A stretch of DNA of 61,501 bases from contig JAJDNL010000197.1 in the NCBI GenBank assembly GCA_022340745.1, positions 1-61,501 on the forward strand, in the 5' to 3' direction. A program made the translations under genes and the position numbers. Within the stretch, counting starts at the first letter, position 1, and every line of letters begins with the position of its first letter. Positions 18,751 to 27,791 of this stretch are shown one piece after another. The DNA is from Deltaproteobacteria bacterium (GTDB taxonomy: Bacteria; Desulfobacterota; Syntrophobacteria; BM002). The notes beneath the pieces are model-generated. The model did no database searches. It had not been told where the DNA came from and saw nothing but the letters and a program-made list of their open reading frames with translations.

Positions 18751-18920
18751 GGCATAGATCATGGAGCATAGAGGAAAATTGCGGATTGCGAATTTCGGAT
18801 TTGAGATGTGGGATGTGAGACTAAGGGATTGAGGAATTAGGGGATTTAAGAGATTTGAGCCTCGATAACGATTTACCGCTTACCGCTTAGCGCTTACTGC
18901 TGACTCCTGACTCCTGAATT
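18751..18920. repeat. Composite tract of at least six different 7-nt stutter modules
   Basis: The order is (GCATAGA)n, (GCGGATT)n, (GAGATGT)n, (GGGATTW)n, (CCGCTTA)3, (CTGACTC)2. Confidence 0.8.
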
Positions 18921-18965
18921 CTAAAGTCCGTAATGCAATGGAGTGATCGACGGGCGGATATTATT

Positions 18966-19763
18966 ATGAAAATAGCGACTTGGAATGTGAACTCGATTCG
19001 GGTGAGGTTGGAAGCGGTCTTGGATTGGATGGCGAAAAGCCAGCCTGATGTTCTCTGTCTGCAAGAGATAAAGGTCACCGATGAGCTTTTCCCCGTCGAT
19101 TCCTTCATGGCACTTGACTACCAAGTGGTCGTGAGCGGGCAAAAGACCTACAATGGGGTGGCCATCATAAGCAAAGGCGAGATGACCGAGGTGGAGGCCG
19201 AGTTTCCAGACTATGGGGCGGAGGGACAGAAGCGATTCATTGCTGCAACAATAGGTGGAATAAGAGTGGTTAACGTTTATGTTCCAAACGGCTCAGCTCC
19301 AGATTCGCCCAAGTTTGCCTATAAGCTGGAATTCATCCGGCAGCTCCACCGCTACTTGAAACGGCATCACGAAGCGAAAGCACTCCTTGTGTTGACTGGC
19401 GACTTCAATGTGGCCCCGGAGCCCCGCGATGTCTACGATGCTGATGAGATGCAGGGGGAGATAGGCTTCCACCCCGAAGAGCGGGCGGCGCTGGCAGAGT
19501 TGATGGGCTGGGGATTCGAGGATATCTTTCGCCGGCACCACGAGGAAAGCGGACTCTATAGCTGGTGGGACTACAGGGCTGGTGCCTTCCGGCGTGACAT
19601 GGGGCTCAGGATTGACCATATCTGGGCGACGATGCCACTGGCTAACCTCAGTTTAGAAAGCGGCATGGACAAAGAGCAGCGTTCTCTTCACAAGCCCTCT
19701 GATCACATTCCGGTGTGGGCCACCTTCGACGCCGGGCGCATAACGCAAAGCGAAAAAACATAG
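18966..19763 (+). CDS. xthA: Exodeoxyribonuclease III
   Basis: It has MKIATWNVNSIR, LCLQE and C-terminal SDHxPV motifs. Confidence 0.9.
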   Translation: MKIATWNVNSIRVRLEAVLDWMAKSQPDVLCLQEIKVTDELFPVDSFMALDYQVVVSGQKTYNGVAIISKGEMTEVEAEFPDYGAEGQKRFIAATIGGIRVVNVYVPNGSAPDSPKFAYKLEFIRQLHRYLKRHHEAKALLVLTGDFNVAPEPRDVYDADEMQGEIGFHPEERAALAELMGWGFEDIFRRHHEESGLYSWWDYRAGAFRRDMGLRIDHIWATMPLANLSLESGMDKEQRSLHKPSDHIPVWATFDAGRITQSEKT

Positions 19764-19804
19764 GGCATGGAGCATAGAGTAAGAAGTCAGAGGTCAGAAG
19801 ACGG
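19762..19804. repeat. Heptamer tract (GCATRGA)2-(GTCAGAR)3
   Basis: The sequence is GGGCATGGAGCATAGAGTAAGAAGTCAGAGGTCAGAAGACGG. Confidence 0.65.
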
Positions 19805-19846
19805 AAACACAATTGAATTCTGTCTTTTACCGATTACAATAAATAA

Positions 19847-19895
19847 CAGCGAAGCGTAGTGACCTAATGACGGCGCAGCCATATGACGCGAAGCT
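19847..19895. repeat. Fragment related to the GTCATTA/TAATGAC element
   Basis: ACAGCGAAGCGTAGTGACCTAATGACGGCGCAGCC resembles the arm sequences of the copies at 1-182 and 36741-36924. Confidence 0.5.
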
Positions 19896-19927
19896 CGATG
19901 AGAGCTGAGCACTGCTGCCAGCCTTTA

Positions 19928-20599
19928 CTAGATTGAGATTTTTTTGAAGAACACAAGCGTGCGTCCTCCCCGGTTTCGGGGAAGTTCCAGTGAGACTATC
20001 CGACTGACCTCGAGACTTTCTGTCAAGGCGAGAGCCTCGAGTTCACTGTGTTCCTCTGTCGTGGTGGGCCCGAGCATGGCAACCAGCGTGGTGCTCGGTT
20101 CCAAAAGGGGAGAGATCAACTGGAGTAGTGGGGCCGGCCGCCGAAAAGCACGGGAGATGATGGTGCGAAAAGGTCTCCCTGCGTGTTTCATTTCCTCAAT
20201 CCGACCATGGAGTACGGAGACCCCTTTGAGTCCCAAGGTGCGAATGAGGTGTTTGATAAAGGAGACCTTTTTTCTACTTGCCTCCACCAGTTGAACTTCA
20301 AACTCAGGGCAACCGATCTTGAGTGGAATGGAGGGAAAGCCCGCGCCTGAACCGATATCCAGAAGTCTGCCAGAACTGTCTAGGTATGGAAGAGGAGTGA
20401 GAGAATCAATGAAGTTCTTAATAATGATATCTTCAAGATTCTTTATGCCGGTGAGGCTAAATGTCCTGTTCCACTCCAGAAGTTCCTGCAGGTAGAGCCA
20501 GAAGAGCTGAACGTGCTGCGCCCCCAGGGAGACGCTCACCTCCTGAGACGCCTGCAGAAACAAACGGGTGAATCTGTCTCTGTCCACCTTATTTCCCAA
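19928..20599 (-). CDS. rsmG: 16S rRNA m7G527 methyltransferase RsmG
   Basis: It has a SAM motif (LLDIGSGAGFPSIPLKI) and follows mnmE. Confidence 0.9.
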   Translation of the reverse strand: MGNKVDRDRFTRLFLQASQEVSVSLGAQHVQLFWLYLQELLEWNRTFSLTGIKNLEDIIIKNFIDSLTPLPYLDSSGRLLDIGSGAGFPSIPLKIGCPEFEVQLVEASRKKVSFIKHLIRTLGLKGVSVLHGRIEEMKHAGRPFRTIISRAFRRPAPLLQLISPLLEPSTTLVAMLGPTTTEEHSELEALALTESLEVSRIVSLELPRNRGGRTLVFFKKISI

Positions 20600-21983
20600 T
20601 GCAAAATCGACTAAAAATCTGATCCAATAAATCTTCGGTTGTGGTCAACCCAACAATCTCTCCCAGATGAGCTAAAGCCTCTTGCACTTCAAAGGCGATG
20701 AGTTCTGGGGAAGACTGATCATCAAGCAATTCCAGCCCTCGGTTCACTGCCTCCAAACTTCGCTCCAAGCACAATTTATGCCGCAGGTTGGGCGCTACTA
20801 TAGAGGTCTCTGTATCGAGCCGCCCCCCAAGAATGGAGAGAAAAACGGCGTCCTTCAATTCTTCCATACCATCGCCATAAAGTGCAGAGGTTTCCACGAT
20901 GGTCTCTTCAGGAAAATGGTCCCTGACTGCGACAAAATCAGGATGAGATTCAAGGTCTACCTTATTCAGGACAATAAGCCTCGGTTTGTTGCCAATATCT
21001 TTGTAGATCTGATGATCCTCAGGTGCTAGTGGGACACTTCGGTCCAACAGGAACAGTACCAGGTCAGCCTGAGCCAACCGTTCTCTGGTAAACTCCATGC
21101 CCAGTTTCTCCACAAGCTCCTCAGCCTGGCGCAGACCGGCGGTATCCATGAGCCTCAAAGGAATTCCTCGCAGGCTAAAGGATTCTTCAATAACGTCGCG
21201 GGTGGTACCAGGAACGGGAGTGACCAGGGCACGGTTTGAGCGCAGGAGCTTATTGAGCAAACTAGATTTTCCAACATTAGGCTTGCCGGCGATGATTACC
21301 GCTAGACCCTCCCGCAAGATACGACCATCCTCATAGTGCTCCAGTAATTGGGTTATGGAATCCTGTACCTGCTGACGCAAACGTGTGGCCAGATCTTCGC
21401 CCGCCACAATTTCCACGTCCTCATCCGGAAAATCGATGGCTGCCTCAAGCATGGCAAGAATGTCCAAGAGGTGGCCACGCAGTTCTGTGATGATGGTTTG
21501 CAGCCCGCCTTTTAGGTGCTCGCTGGCAAGGTCTAGACTTCTTCTGGTCTTTGATTGAATCAAATCTAGAACCGCCTCAGCCTGGGTCAAGTCAATGCGC
21601 CCGTTTAGGAAGGCACGACGGGTGAACTCTCCAGGTTCTGCCAACCGGGCACCAGTCCGAATCACCAGGTCTAGAATGCGGTCTAGCACAGCGAAGCCGC
21701 TGTGACAATTGATTTCGACCACGTCTTCCCGGGTGTAGGTAGAGGGTGCGCGCATGAAGCTGACAAGCACTTCATCCACGGTGTTTCCAGTGTTGGGGGC
21801 AACGATGTGGCCGTGATAAAGGTGGTGGGATTGTATGGTTTCCAGAGAACCGGATTGGTCAAACAGTCGGCGGCCAATAGCCCAGGCCTCAGGGCCACTG
21901 ATTTTTATGATGCCGATACCGCCAGCGCCTATGGGGGTGGCGATGGCGGCAATGGTATCCTCGAAGGACTGGCAAAGTTTCAT
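20589..21983 (-). CDS. mnmE: tRNA modification GTPase MnmE
   Basis: It has DTIAAIATP, a G domain (GKPNVGKSSLLN, DTAG, NKVD) and a C-terminal CIGK. Confidence 0.95.
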   Translation of the reverse strand: MKLCQSFEDTIAAIATPIGAGGIGIIKISGPEAWAIGRRLFDQSGSLETIQSHHLYHGHIVAPNTGNTVDEVLVSFMRAPSTYTREDVVEINCHSGFAVLDRILDLVIRTGARLAEPGEFTRRAFLNGRIDLTQAEAVLDLIQSKTRRSLDLASEHLKGGLQTIITELRGHLLDILAMLEAAIDFPDEDVEIVAGEDLATRLRQQVQDSITQLLEHYEDGRILREGLAVIIAGKPNVGKSSLLNKLLRSNRALVTPVPGTTRDVIEESFSLRGIPLRLMDTAGLRQAEELVEKLGMEFTRERLAQADLVLFLLDRSVPLAPEDHQIYKDIGNKPRLIVLNKVDLESHPDFVAVRDHFPEETIVETSALYGDGMEELKDAVFLSILGGRLDTETSIVAPNLRHKLCLERSLEAVNRGLELLDDQSSPELIAFEVQEALAHLGEIVGLTTTEDLLDQIFSRFCIGK

Positions 21984-22019
21984 CGTCCCGGAACCACTGG
22001 GCCCGGATGGAGGTTGGGC

Positions 22020-22691
22020 CTATGAGTTACGTGATGTGGTCTGTTTTCCTCCAGCGTGTTCTTTTCTCACGGGAAAGACCACCACTTTACGCAAGGCCCC
22101 ATCCCCCTTGCTTTTGGTCCGCACTTTGCGATCGTCCTTTAAGGCCAGGTGAATGATGCGACGGTCGTATGAGCTGAGGGGGCTGCTGGCTGCCGGTTTG
22201 CCAGATTTCTTAGCGCGGTTTCCCAAATTCAGAGCCACCTCGGTAAGGGCCTTGCGTCGCCTCTCCCGATAATTTTCTGTATCCACCACAATATGGGCCT
22301 TTTTGGATGCTCGCCGATTGTAAATCTTGTTGACAATGAACTGCAAAGATTGCAAGGTCTGGCCTCGTTTTCCTATGAGCAGGCCGGAGCCGTTGCTCGA
22401 TATGTCCAATTTGATCCGGTCCTCGGCCCACGTAGCTTGCACAGTAGTTGGAACCTGGATGTAAGCGAGAATGGTTTCCAGAATTTCTCTCGCTTCTGCA
22501 AGCGGAGTATCATCGCCGGATTCTTTTGGAGACACCAGGATCTTTGCTTGTCTGGTACCAATGCCGAAGATGCCGGATGAACCTTGGGAAACAATTTCAA
22601 TCTCCAGCTGGTCCGCGGTAAGGTCTAGACGTTGACACGCAGTTTCAATGGCCTCCTCAACTGATTTTCCTTCTATTTCCATGGTAGACAT
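22020..22691 (-). CDS. jag: Jag-family RNA-binding protein (KH + R3H)
   Basis: It has a Jag_N-like N-terminus, a KH-like IGKRGQTLQSLQ and an R3H-like region. It sits between yidC and mnmE. Confidence 0.85.
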   Translation of the reverse strand: MSTMEIEGKSVEEAIETACQRLDLTADQLEIEIVSQGSSGIFGIGTRQAKILVSPKESGDDTPLAEAREILETILAYIQVPTTVQATWAEDRIKLDISSNGSGLLIGKRGQTLQSLQFIVNKIYNRRASKKAHIVVDTENYRERRRKALTEVALNLGNRAKKSGKPAASSPLSSYDRRIIHLALKDDRKVRTKSKGDGALRKVVVFPVRKEHAGGKQTTSRNS

Positions 22692-22760
22692 GGTTTCCTC
22701 CGAAATCCACAAACCAAGCAACACGAATATGCTCTCAGTAACAGTCAACAGCGGACGCAA

Positions 22761-24437
22761 TCAGGCTGCGTGCTTGTTGATGTAATACTGTTGACCAACG
22801 GACAGAACGTTGTTGACGAGCCAGTAAAGCACCAGACCGCTCGGAAAGTTTATGAAAAAGAAGGTGAAGACCACAGGCATCATCATCATCATCTTCTCCA
22901 TCTTGGGGTCACCGCCGGTGGGTGACATCTTCTGTTGGACATACATGGAAATGCCCATGAGAATGGTTAGTATAGGAAGTCCGTTACCAAGATAAGGGAT
23001 TTGGACTCCTATCGGAAACCGATCCGGCGCTGACAGATCATTAATCCACCAGAAGAAGGGAGCATGACGCAGAGCTATGGAGCTATAGAGCAGCCGATAT
23101 AAGGCAAAGAAAACCGGAATCTGCAAGACCATAGGCAAGCAGCCTCCCACTGGGTTTACCTTATGGGTCCGGTACATTTGCATGATCTCTTGGTTCAACT
23201 TTTCTTTGTCATCTTTATATTTTTCCCTTATTTTTTGCATTTTTGGCTGAAGTTTCTTCATTGCCCTCATGGACACATAGCTCTTATGGGTGAGGGGCCA
23301 GAAAAGAATCTTGATGAGCAGAGTTAGTAAGATGATAGCCACCCCGTAGTTGTGGAGATAACGGTAGAAGAACTTCAGACAGACAAGAAGTGGTTGAGCA
23401 ATGACATCAAACCAACCAAAATTAACTGCTTTGGCAAGCTTGGGGTCAGCATCCTTCAGAGTGTTTACCACCTTGGGTCCAAAGTAAAGCTTGTAGCTAA
23501 ATTTCTGTTGGACCCCAGGTTGAAGAGCTACTTTAGGGCCAATTAAGGTAACCTCCACCATCTGGGTAGCTGTATCCAGAGCCTCCAATTGAGCGTGATT
23601 GGGAGTTAGCTCAACAGGTAGCAGGGCCATAATAAAGTACTGGCCAGTGTAGGAAACCCAATCGATGGGACCAGGAAATTTCTCTTCCCCTTTGATCTTT
23701 TTAAATTTCACATTTTTCAGTTCATTGTTTATCAATAAAGCGGGCCCTTGAAAGGTGTAGCGGCTTCCGGTCCCGGCGGAGATGGGCTGACTAATGAGGC
23801 TGAGCGTGGGGGCATTTTCCCAAGGCTGATTGCCCAGGTTCTCAACGCTCACGGTGAGATCGATCAGGTAGGTGTCCGCGATGAAATGGTACTGACGAGT
23901 AATGCGCAACCAACCTGGGGCTTCATAGCTGAAGGTAAGGGTGTGGTTTTGGCCCTCGCCGACCGTCACAGACGTTTTGCTGTCTGCCACATAAGGGGCC
24001 AAATTCAGCGCTGCGACCGGGCGATCTACAAAATTGAATGCCAGAGGCAAATCCTCGATTTTGCTCGTCTTGACCAATTCTTTCCCCGGCGAATCTTTCT
24101 CTATGGTTTCCCGATATTTTTTAAGAACAAAACTCCTGAGCCGCGCTCCGGTTTCCGTGAACACCGCACGGTAGAGCGGGGTTTCTACCGTCACGTCCCT
24201 CGCTGTGTGAGCAGTTGGAGTTGGGAGAGAAGGTGCTGAAGGTGTGGGAGCTTCACTTGGGGGGATTTCAGGAACCGGAGGTTTTGCCTGGTCAGGCTTA
24301 GTTGGGGCCGTGGGAGCCTGCTCAACCGGAGGTGAGGCACTAGGTGGTGCCGGCTGCCTTTTCGGGAGGAAAAACTTCTCCCACAAAACCAGCACGATGA
24401 TACAGAGTACTATCGCCAACAAGACGCGTTTTTCCAT
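22761..24437 (-). CDS. yidC: Membrane protein insertase YidC
   Basis: It has an N-terminal TM segment, a Pro-rich linker, a large periplasmic domain and a conserved 60-kDa IMP core (MQKIREKYKDDKEKLNQE, GCLPMVLQIPVFFALY). Confidence 0.95.
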   Translation of the reverse strand: MEKRVLLAIVLCIIVLVLWEKFFLPKRQPAPPSASPPVEQAPTAPTKPDQAKPPVPEIPPSEAPTPSAPSLPTPTAHTARDVTVETPLYRAVFTETGARLRSFVLKKYRETIEKDSPGKELVKTSKIEDLPLAFNFVDRPVAALNLAPYVADSKTSVTVGEGQNHTLTFSYEAPGWLRITRQYHFIADTYLIDLTVSVENLGNQPWENAPTLSLISQPISAGTGSRYTFQGPALLINNELKNVKFKKIKGEEKFPGPIDWVSYTGQYFIMALLPVELTPNHAQLEALDTATQMVEVTLIGPKVALQPGVQQKFSYKLYFGPKVVNTLKDADPKLAKAVNFGWFDVIAQPLLVCLKFFYRYLHNYGVAIILLTLLIKILFWPLTHKSYVSMRAMKKLQPKMQKIREKYKDDKEKLNQEIMQMYRTHKVNPVGGCLPMVLQIPVFFALYRLLYSSIALRHAPFFWWINDLSAPDRFPIGVQIPYLGNGLPILTILMGISMYVQQKMSPTGGDPKMEKMMMMMPVVFTFFFINFPSGLVLYWLVNNVLSVGQQYYINKHAA

Positions 24438-24580
24438 ACTCTAAAGCTCCTGCGACAGATGAGAAAGTTCGGCCCAGTCAATTCAAGTACATGTATGGAC
24501 CAGCCCTTTGAATCCGGACTGATTCAGAGCAGAAATAACCGCTAGCGCTCCACTGAGTGACGGGCATAGAGGTCTTCTGA

Positions 24581-24802
24581 TCACCGGTGGTTATCAATTG
24601 GGTCGTAACCGCCAGCATGCAACGGATGGCAACGCAGAAGGCGTCGGGAGGCAAGTACCAGGCCTCGACCCACACCGAATGTGGTAATGGCCTGGTGAGC
24701 AAATTCAGAACACGTGGGGGTAAAACGGCAGGATGGGCCTAACCATGGCGAAATGAAGATCTGGTAAGCTCGAATACAGGCGAGCAAAAATGCTTTAATC
24801 AT
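24581..24802 (-). CDS. yidD: Membrane protein insertion efficiency factor YidD
   Basis: It has the motif [23 protein letters not shown]. Confidence 0.9.
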   Translation of the reverse strand: MIKAFLLACIRAYQIFISPWLGPSCRFTPTCSEFAHQAITTFGVGRGLVLASRRLLRCHPLHAGGYDPIDNHR

Positions 24803-25185
24803 ATGCAGTTGTTTCTAATGAGCACGGCTGCTAATTCCTCGCGCACGTCATGATAAGCAAGCGTTGCCGCGTCTTTTTTAGCTACTATCACCACGTCATG
24901 TGATGGTGGCAACTTGTGCTTATGTAAACGAAAAAACTCGCGAAGGCAGCGTTTAACTTGATTTCGCTTGACTGCGTTTCCTACCTTCTTGCCAACAGTG
25001 ACCCCCAGACGCGAAAACTTTAGTCCATTTGGCCGCAGGATGATGGTGAAGTTTTGAGTATGGCGACGGCTGCCGTGGCGGAAGGCAAGCTCATAATCCT
25101 TCCGGCGTCGTAACCGTTCGTACTTCCTGAAGGAAAATCCTTTTTTTAACAACGGAGCCGACGCCACCATACGGATCCTGGGCAA
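24799..25185 (-). CDS. rnpA: RNase P protein component
   Basis: It is a basic protein with the RNR-like motif [14 protein letters not shown], located between rpmH and yidD. Confidence 0.85.
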   Translation of the reverse strand: MPRIRMVASAPLLKKGFSFRKYERLRRRKDYELAFRHGSRRHTQNFTIILRPNGLKFSRLGVTVGKKVGNAVKRNQVKRCLREFFRLHKHKLPPSHDVVIVAKKDAATLAYHDVREELAAVLIRNNCI

Positions 25186-25225
25186 AATCTTGTTTTCCTG
25201 ACTCGTGCGATTCCGGCCAAATTCT

Positions 25226-25360
25226 TCAGACGGCGAGCCTTTTCCTCCCCTTTGCCCTTCTGCGGCTAATTACTTTCCGGCCCGACTTTGTGCGCATGCG
25301 GACCAGAAAACCATGGGTCCTTTTCCTCCGGGTGTTGCTTGGCTGATACGTCCGTTTCAT
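25226..25360 (-). CDS. rpmH: 50S ribosomal protein L34 (44 aa; absent from the ORF track)
   Basis: Hand translation of the reverse strand gives [44 protein letters not shown]. Confidence 0.92.
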   Translation of the reverse strand: MKRTYQPSNTRRKRTHGFLVRMRTKSGRKVISRRRAKGRKRLAV

Positions 25361-25514
25361 TGTTTCACTATTCCGTTATGAGCCGCTTGTTCTGTCCCAC
25401 TCTGAAAACGGCTGTTGTGTGTCCGCCTTTGCAATGGGAAATTATCAGAGCGGGCTCAACTGTAACCATAAAGGCGTTTTTAATAAACACATAGAAGAGG
25501 TTTTGTCAAGTGCT

Positions 25515-25708
25515 AAGGGATATTAAGGAGATTTGGGATTATTGATTGGGGATTTAAAAGCAAGAAGTCAGGAGACAGTAGCCAGGAGTCAGTCGAGAAG
25601 AAGTACTCCTTTTTTGATTTTTTATTCTGGATTCTGAATTCTGGCTCCTGACTACTGGATTGGGGATGTGGGTTGTGAGAATTCAGGGATTCAGAAATTT
25701 GGGGATTC
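25515..25708. repeat. Composite stutter hairpin: (GGGATTW)n-(AGTCAGG/CCAGGAG)n, loop, (CTCCTGAC)n-(GGGATGT/GGGATTC)n
   Basis: Read directly. The right end abuts the LysR stop codon (25708-25710). Confidence 0.75.
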
Positions 25709-26604
25709 TACTTATCTCGATTCTCTATAAGGTAATCCATGAAGGCCTGGCCTATCGGTGATCTGGAGCGCTTTTTGTGAGTGACCAGATAGAAATGACG
25801 AGTCAAAGAAAGCCCTTGAACGGGGATGTGGCATAGTCGCTCAAATTGCAGTTCGTCGGCAATGGCACGGCGCGACAGAATCGAGACTCCCACCTTGGCC
25901 TTAATGGCTTGGCGGATGGCGTCGGTGCTCCCCATCTCCGCCACTGCCTTGAATTCTCTGGCGTCGAGCCCTGCCTGTTCCAAAATCTCCAACATGGTCA
26001 TCCTGGTTCCCGAGCCTTGCTCGCGCATAATGAAAGGGGCGTGTGAGAGCTCCTCCAACCTGATGGCTGACCGTTTTGCCCAATGGTGGTCAGGTGATAC
26101 CGCCAGCACGAGTTCATCGTAAAAAAGCTTCTCGAACTGTAGTTTGTTGTTCTTTATTTTAGCTCCAACTACTCCGAGCTCCAATCCGCCATCGAGGACC
26201 ATGTTGGCTATTTTCATAGTATCGGCGATGACGAGCTTGATGAAAATATTGGGGAATTTTTCCCGAAAGCGGCCGATGAGGGAGGGAAGAATATATTGGC
26301 CGGGTATGGTGCTACCGCCTAGCTCAAGATCACCAGACATTTTTCCCCGGTAACGTGCAAGAGTCTGACTTGCCTCTCGTTTGAGATTGAGCATGCGGCG
26401 AGCATAATTATAAAGAATCTCACCTGCGCGGGTGGGCACCACCTCTCGGCCAAGGCGATCAAAAAGCCGCACGTCTAAATGAGTCTCCAGATGGCGAATG
26501 TGCTCGCTCACAGTGGGCTGAGAAAGCAGACAAGCCTGTCCCGCTCGTGAGAAACTTTTCAATTCGTATACTTTGCAAAAAACCTCGAGCCTACGCAAGT
26601 CCAT
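25708..26604 (-). CDS. LysR-family transcriptional regulator
   Basis: It has an N-terminal wHTH (FSRAGQACLLSQPTVSEHIRHLE) plus a LysR substrate-binding fold. Confidence 0.9.
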   Translation of the reverse strand: MDLRRLEVFCKVYELKSFSRAGQACLLSQPTVSEHIRHLETHLDVRLFDRLGREVVPTRAGEILYNYARRMLNLKREASQTLARYRGKMSGDLELGGSTIPGQYILPSLIGRFREKFPNIFIKLVIADTMKIANMVLDGGLELGVVGAKIKNNKLQFEKLFYDELVLAVSPDHHWAKRSAIRLEELSHAPFIMREQGSGTRMTMLEILEQAGLDAREFKAVAEMGSTDAIRQAIKAKVGVSILSRRAIADELQFERLCHIPVQGLSLTRHFYLVTHKKRSRSPIGQAFMDYLIENRDK

Positions 26605-27187
26605 AACATAATCCTTCGGTGGTTAATCCACGGGCATTGGAGGTTATGCAGTAATTAGTCAGCTCCAAGGCCATATGGCACAAGGTGCAAGGCACAGGGT
26701 ATAAGGCAAAGGACTAAAATCCAGGAGTCTGAATTCAGCATTGATATGATAAAAACTGAAACGAGTCTATCTTGCTATTGATTACTATGAATTAATCCAT
26801 TATTTTTTTGATCGCAACCGATAGGTTGCTCCTACATGCCGGGTATCAATTAACACCATTTCTGTAGGAGCAAGCTTCGCTTGCGAAAAAAACCTTCAAC
26901 AATAGTACAGTTCATCCCAGAATAAGGAAATCCTTGCCCTGGTGTCAAGGCAGGTAAAAGTCTCAGTTTGGTGACCAGCACGGGGCTGGCTCCTGCAAAC
27001 CTTTTTCCTTGACAAAGCGGAGCTAAGCCGGTAGAAAAGTACAAACTTATCTTGTGAAAAAAAGCTTAATTCGGCGCGATCCTGGCTCCTTTCCTTCTGT
27101 GATAGACACAGATCGGGAAGTGTGATCTCGCCGCAGTGTCTCACCATTCATTCCTTAAACCAGCACTCCAACTTATTGAGGCGTTCC

Positions 27188-27754
27188 ATGACCGGAGAAA
27201 ACAAGCAACAGAATTCGGGTCTGCTCGGCTGGCTTCTCTTTGTAGTAGGCTTCACTGGTGCACTGTTTGTTGGTTGGGTTATATTCCCACAACTTCTTTT
27301 TTCTACTCAATACCAGCCCATCAATTATAACCACGTCATCCACCAGGAAGAGGCGGGCATGAGTTGCGAGGATTGTCACTATTTCCGAGACGATGGAACT
27401 TATGCCGGCAAGCCCAAACTGGCTGCTTGCGCTGAGTGTCATGAAGAACCTCAAGGAGAAACCGAGAGCGAGGCAATGCTGGTGTCAGAATATGTCGAGC
27501 CGAAGAAAGAGATTCCTTGGGTTTCCTATTCGCGGCAGCCTGACAACGTCTTCTTCTCGCATGCTGCTCATGTGAAGATGGCAGAGATGGAATGCACAGA
27601 CTGCCATGGGGACGTGGGACAACAGACCGAGGCTCCGCCGGTCAAGATTAACCGACTGACGGGCTACCCCAATAAAATAATGAAAATGTACGTGTGTGAA
27701 GATTGTCATGCCCGGGAGCATGTGTCTAACAGTTGTAACGTCTGTCATAAGTAA
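27188..27754 (+). CDS. qrcA: Membrane-anchored pentahaem cytochrome c (QrcA-like)
   Basis: It has one N-terminal TM helix and five CxxCH motifs (CEDCH, CAECH, CTDCH, CEDCH, CNVCH). Confidence 0.75.
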   Translation: MTGENKQQNSGLLGWLLFVVGFTGALFVGWVIFPQLLFSTQYQPINYNHVIHQEEAGMSCEDCHYFRDDGTYAGKPKLAACAECHEEPQGETESEAMLVSEYVEPKKEIPWVSYSRQPDNVFFSHAAHVKMAEMECTDCHGDVGQQTEAPPVKINRLTGYPNKIMKMYVCEDCHAREHVSNSCNVCHK

Positions 27755-27791
27755 GAACAGGCGAGGCTAGTCATTGAAGGGGAAGGATCTT

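Noticed and set aside
25361-25707. Replication origin (oriC) next to rpmH
   Set aside because: There is no dnaA gene. I could find no cluster of TTATCCACA-like boxes or an AT-rich unwinding element. The gap is filled by stutter repeats instead.
26605-27187. Sigma-54 promoter or hidden gene in the 580-bp LysR-qrcA gap
   Set aside because: The TGGCAC-like strings (for example 26664) have the wrong GG-GC spacing. ORFs 26850-27044 and 26896-27147 lack an RBS and motifs. The gap also contains a REP-like TGTAGGAGCAAGCTTCGCTTGCGAA palindrome.
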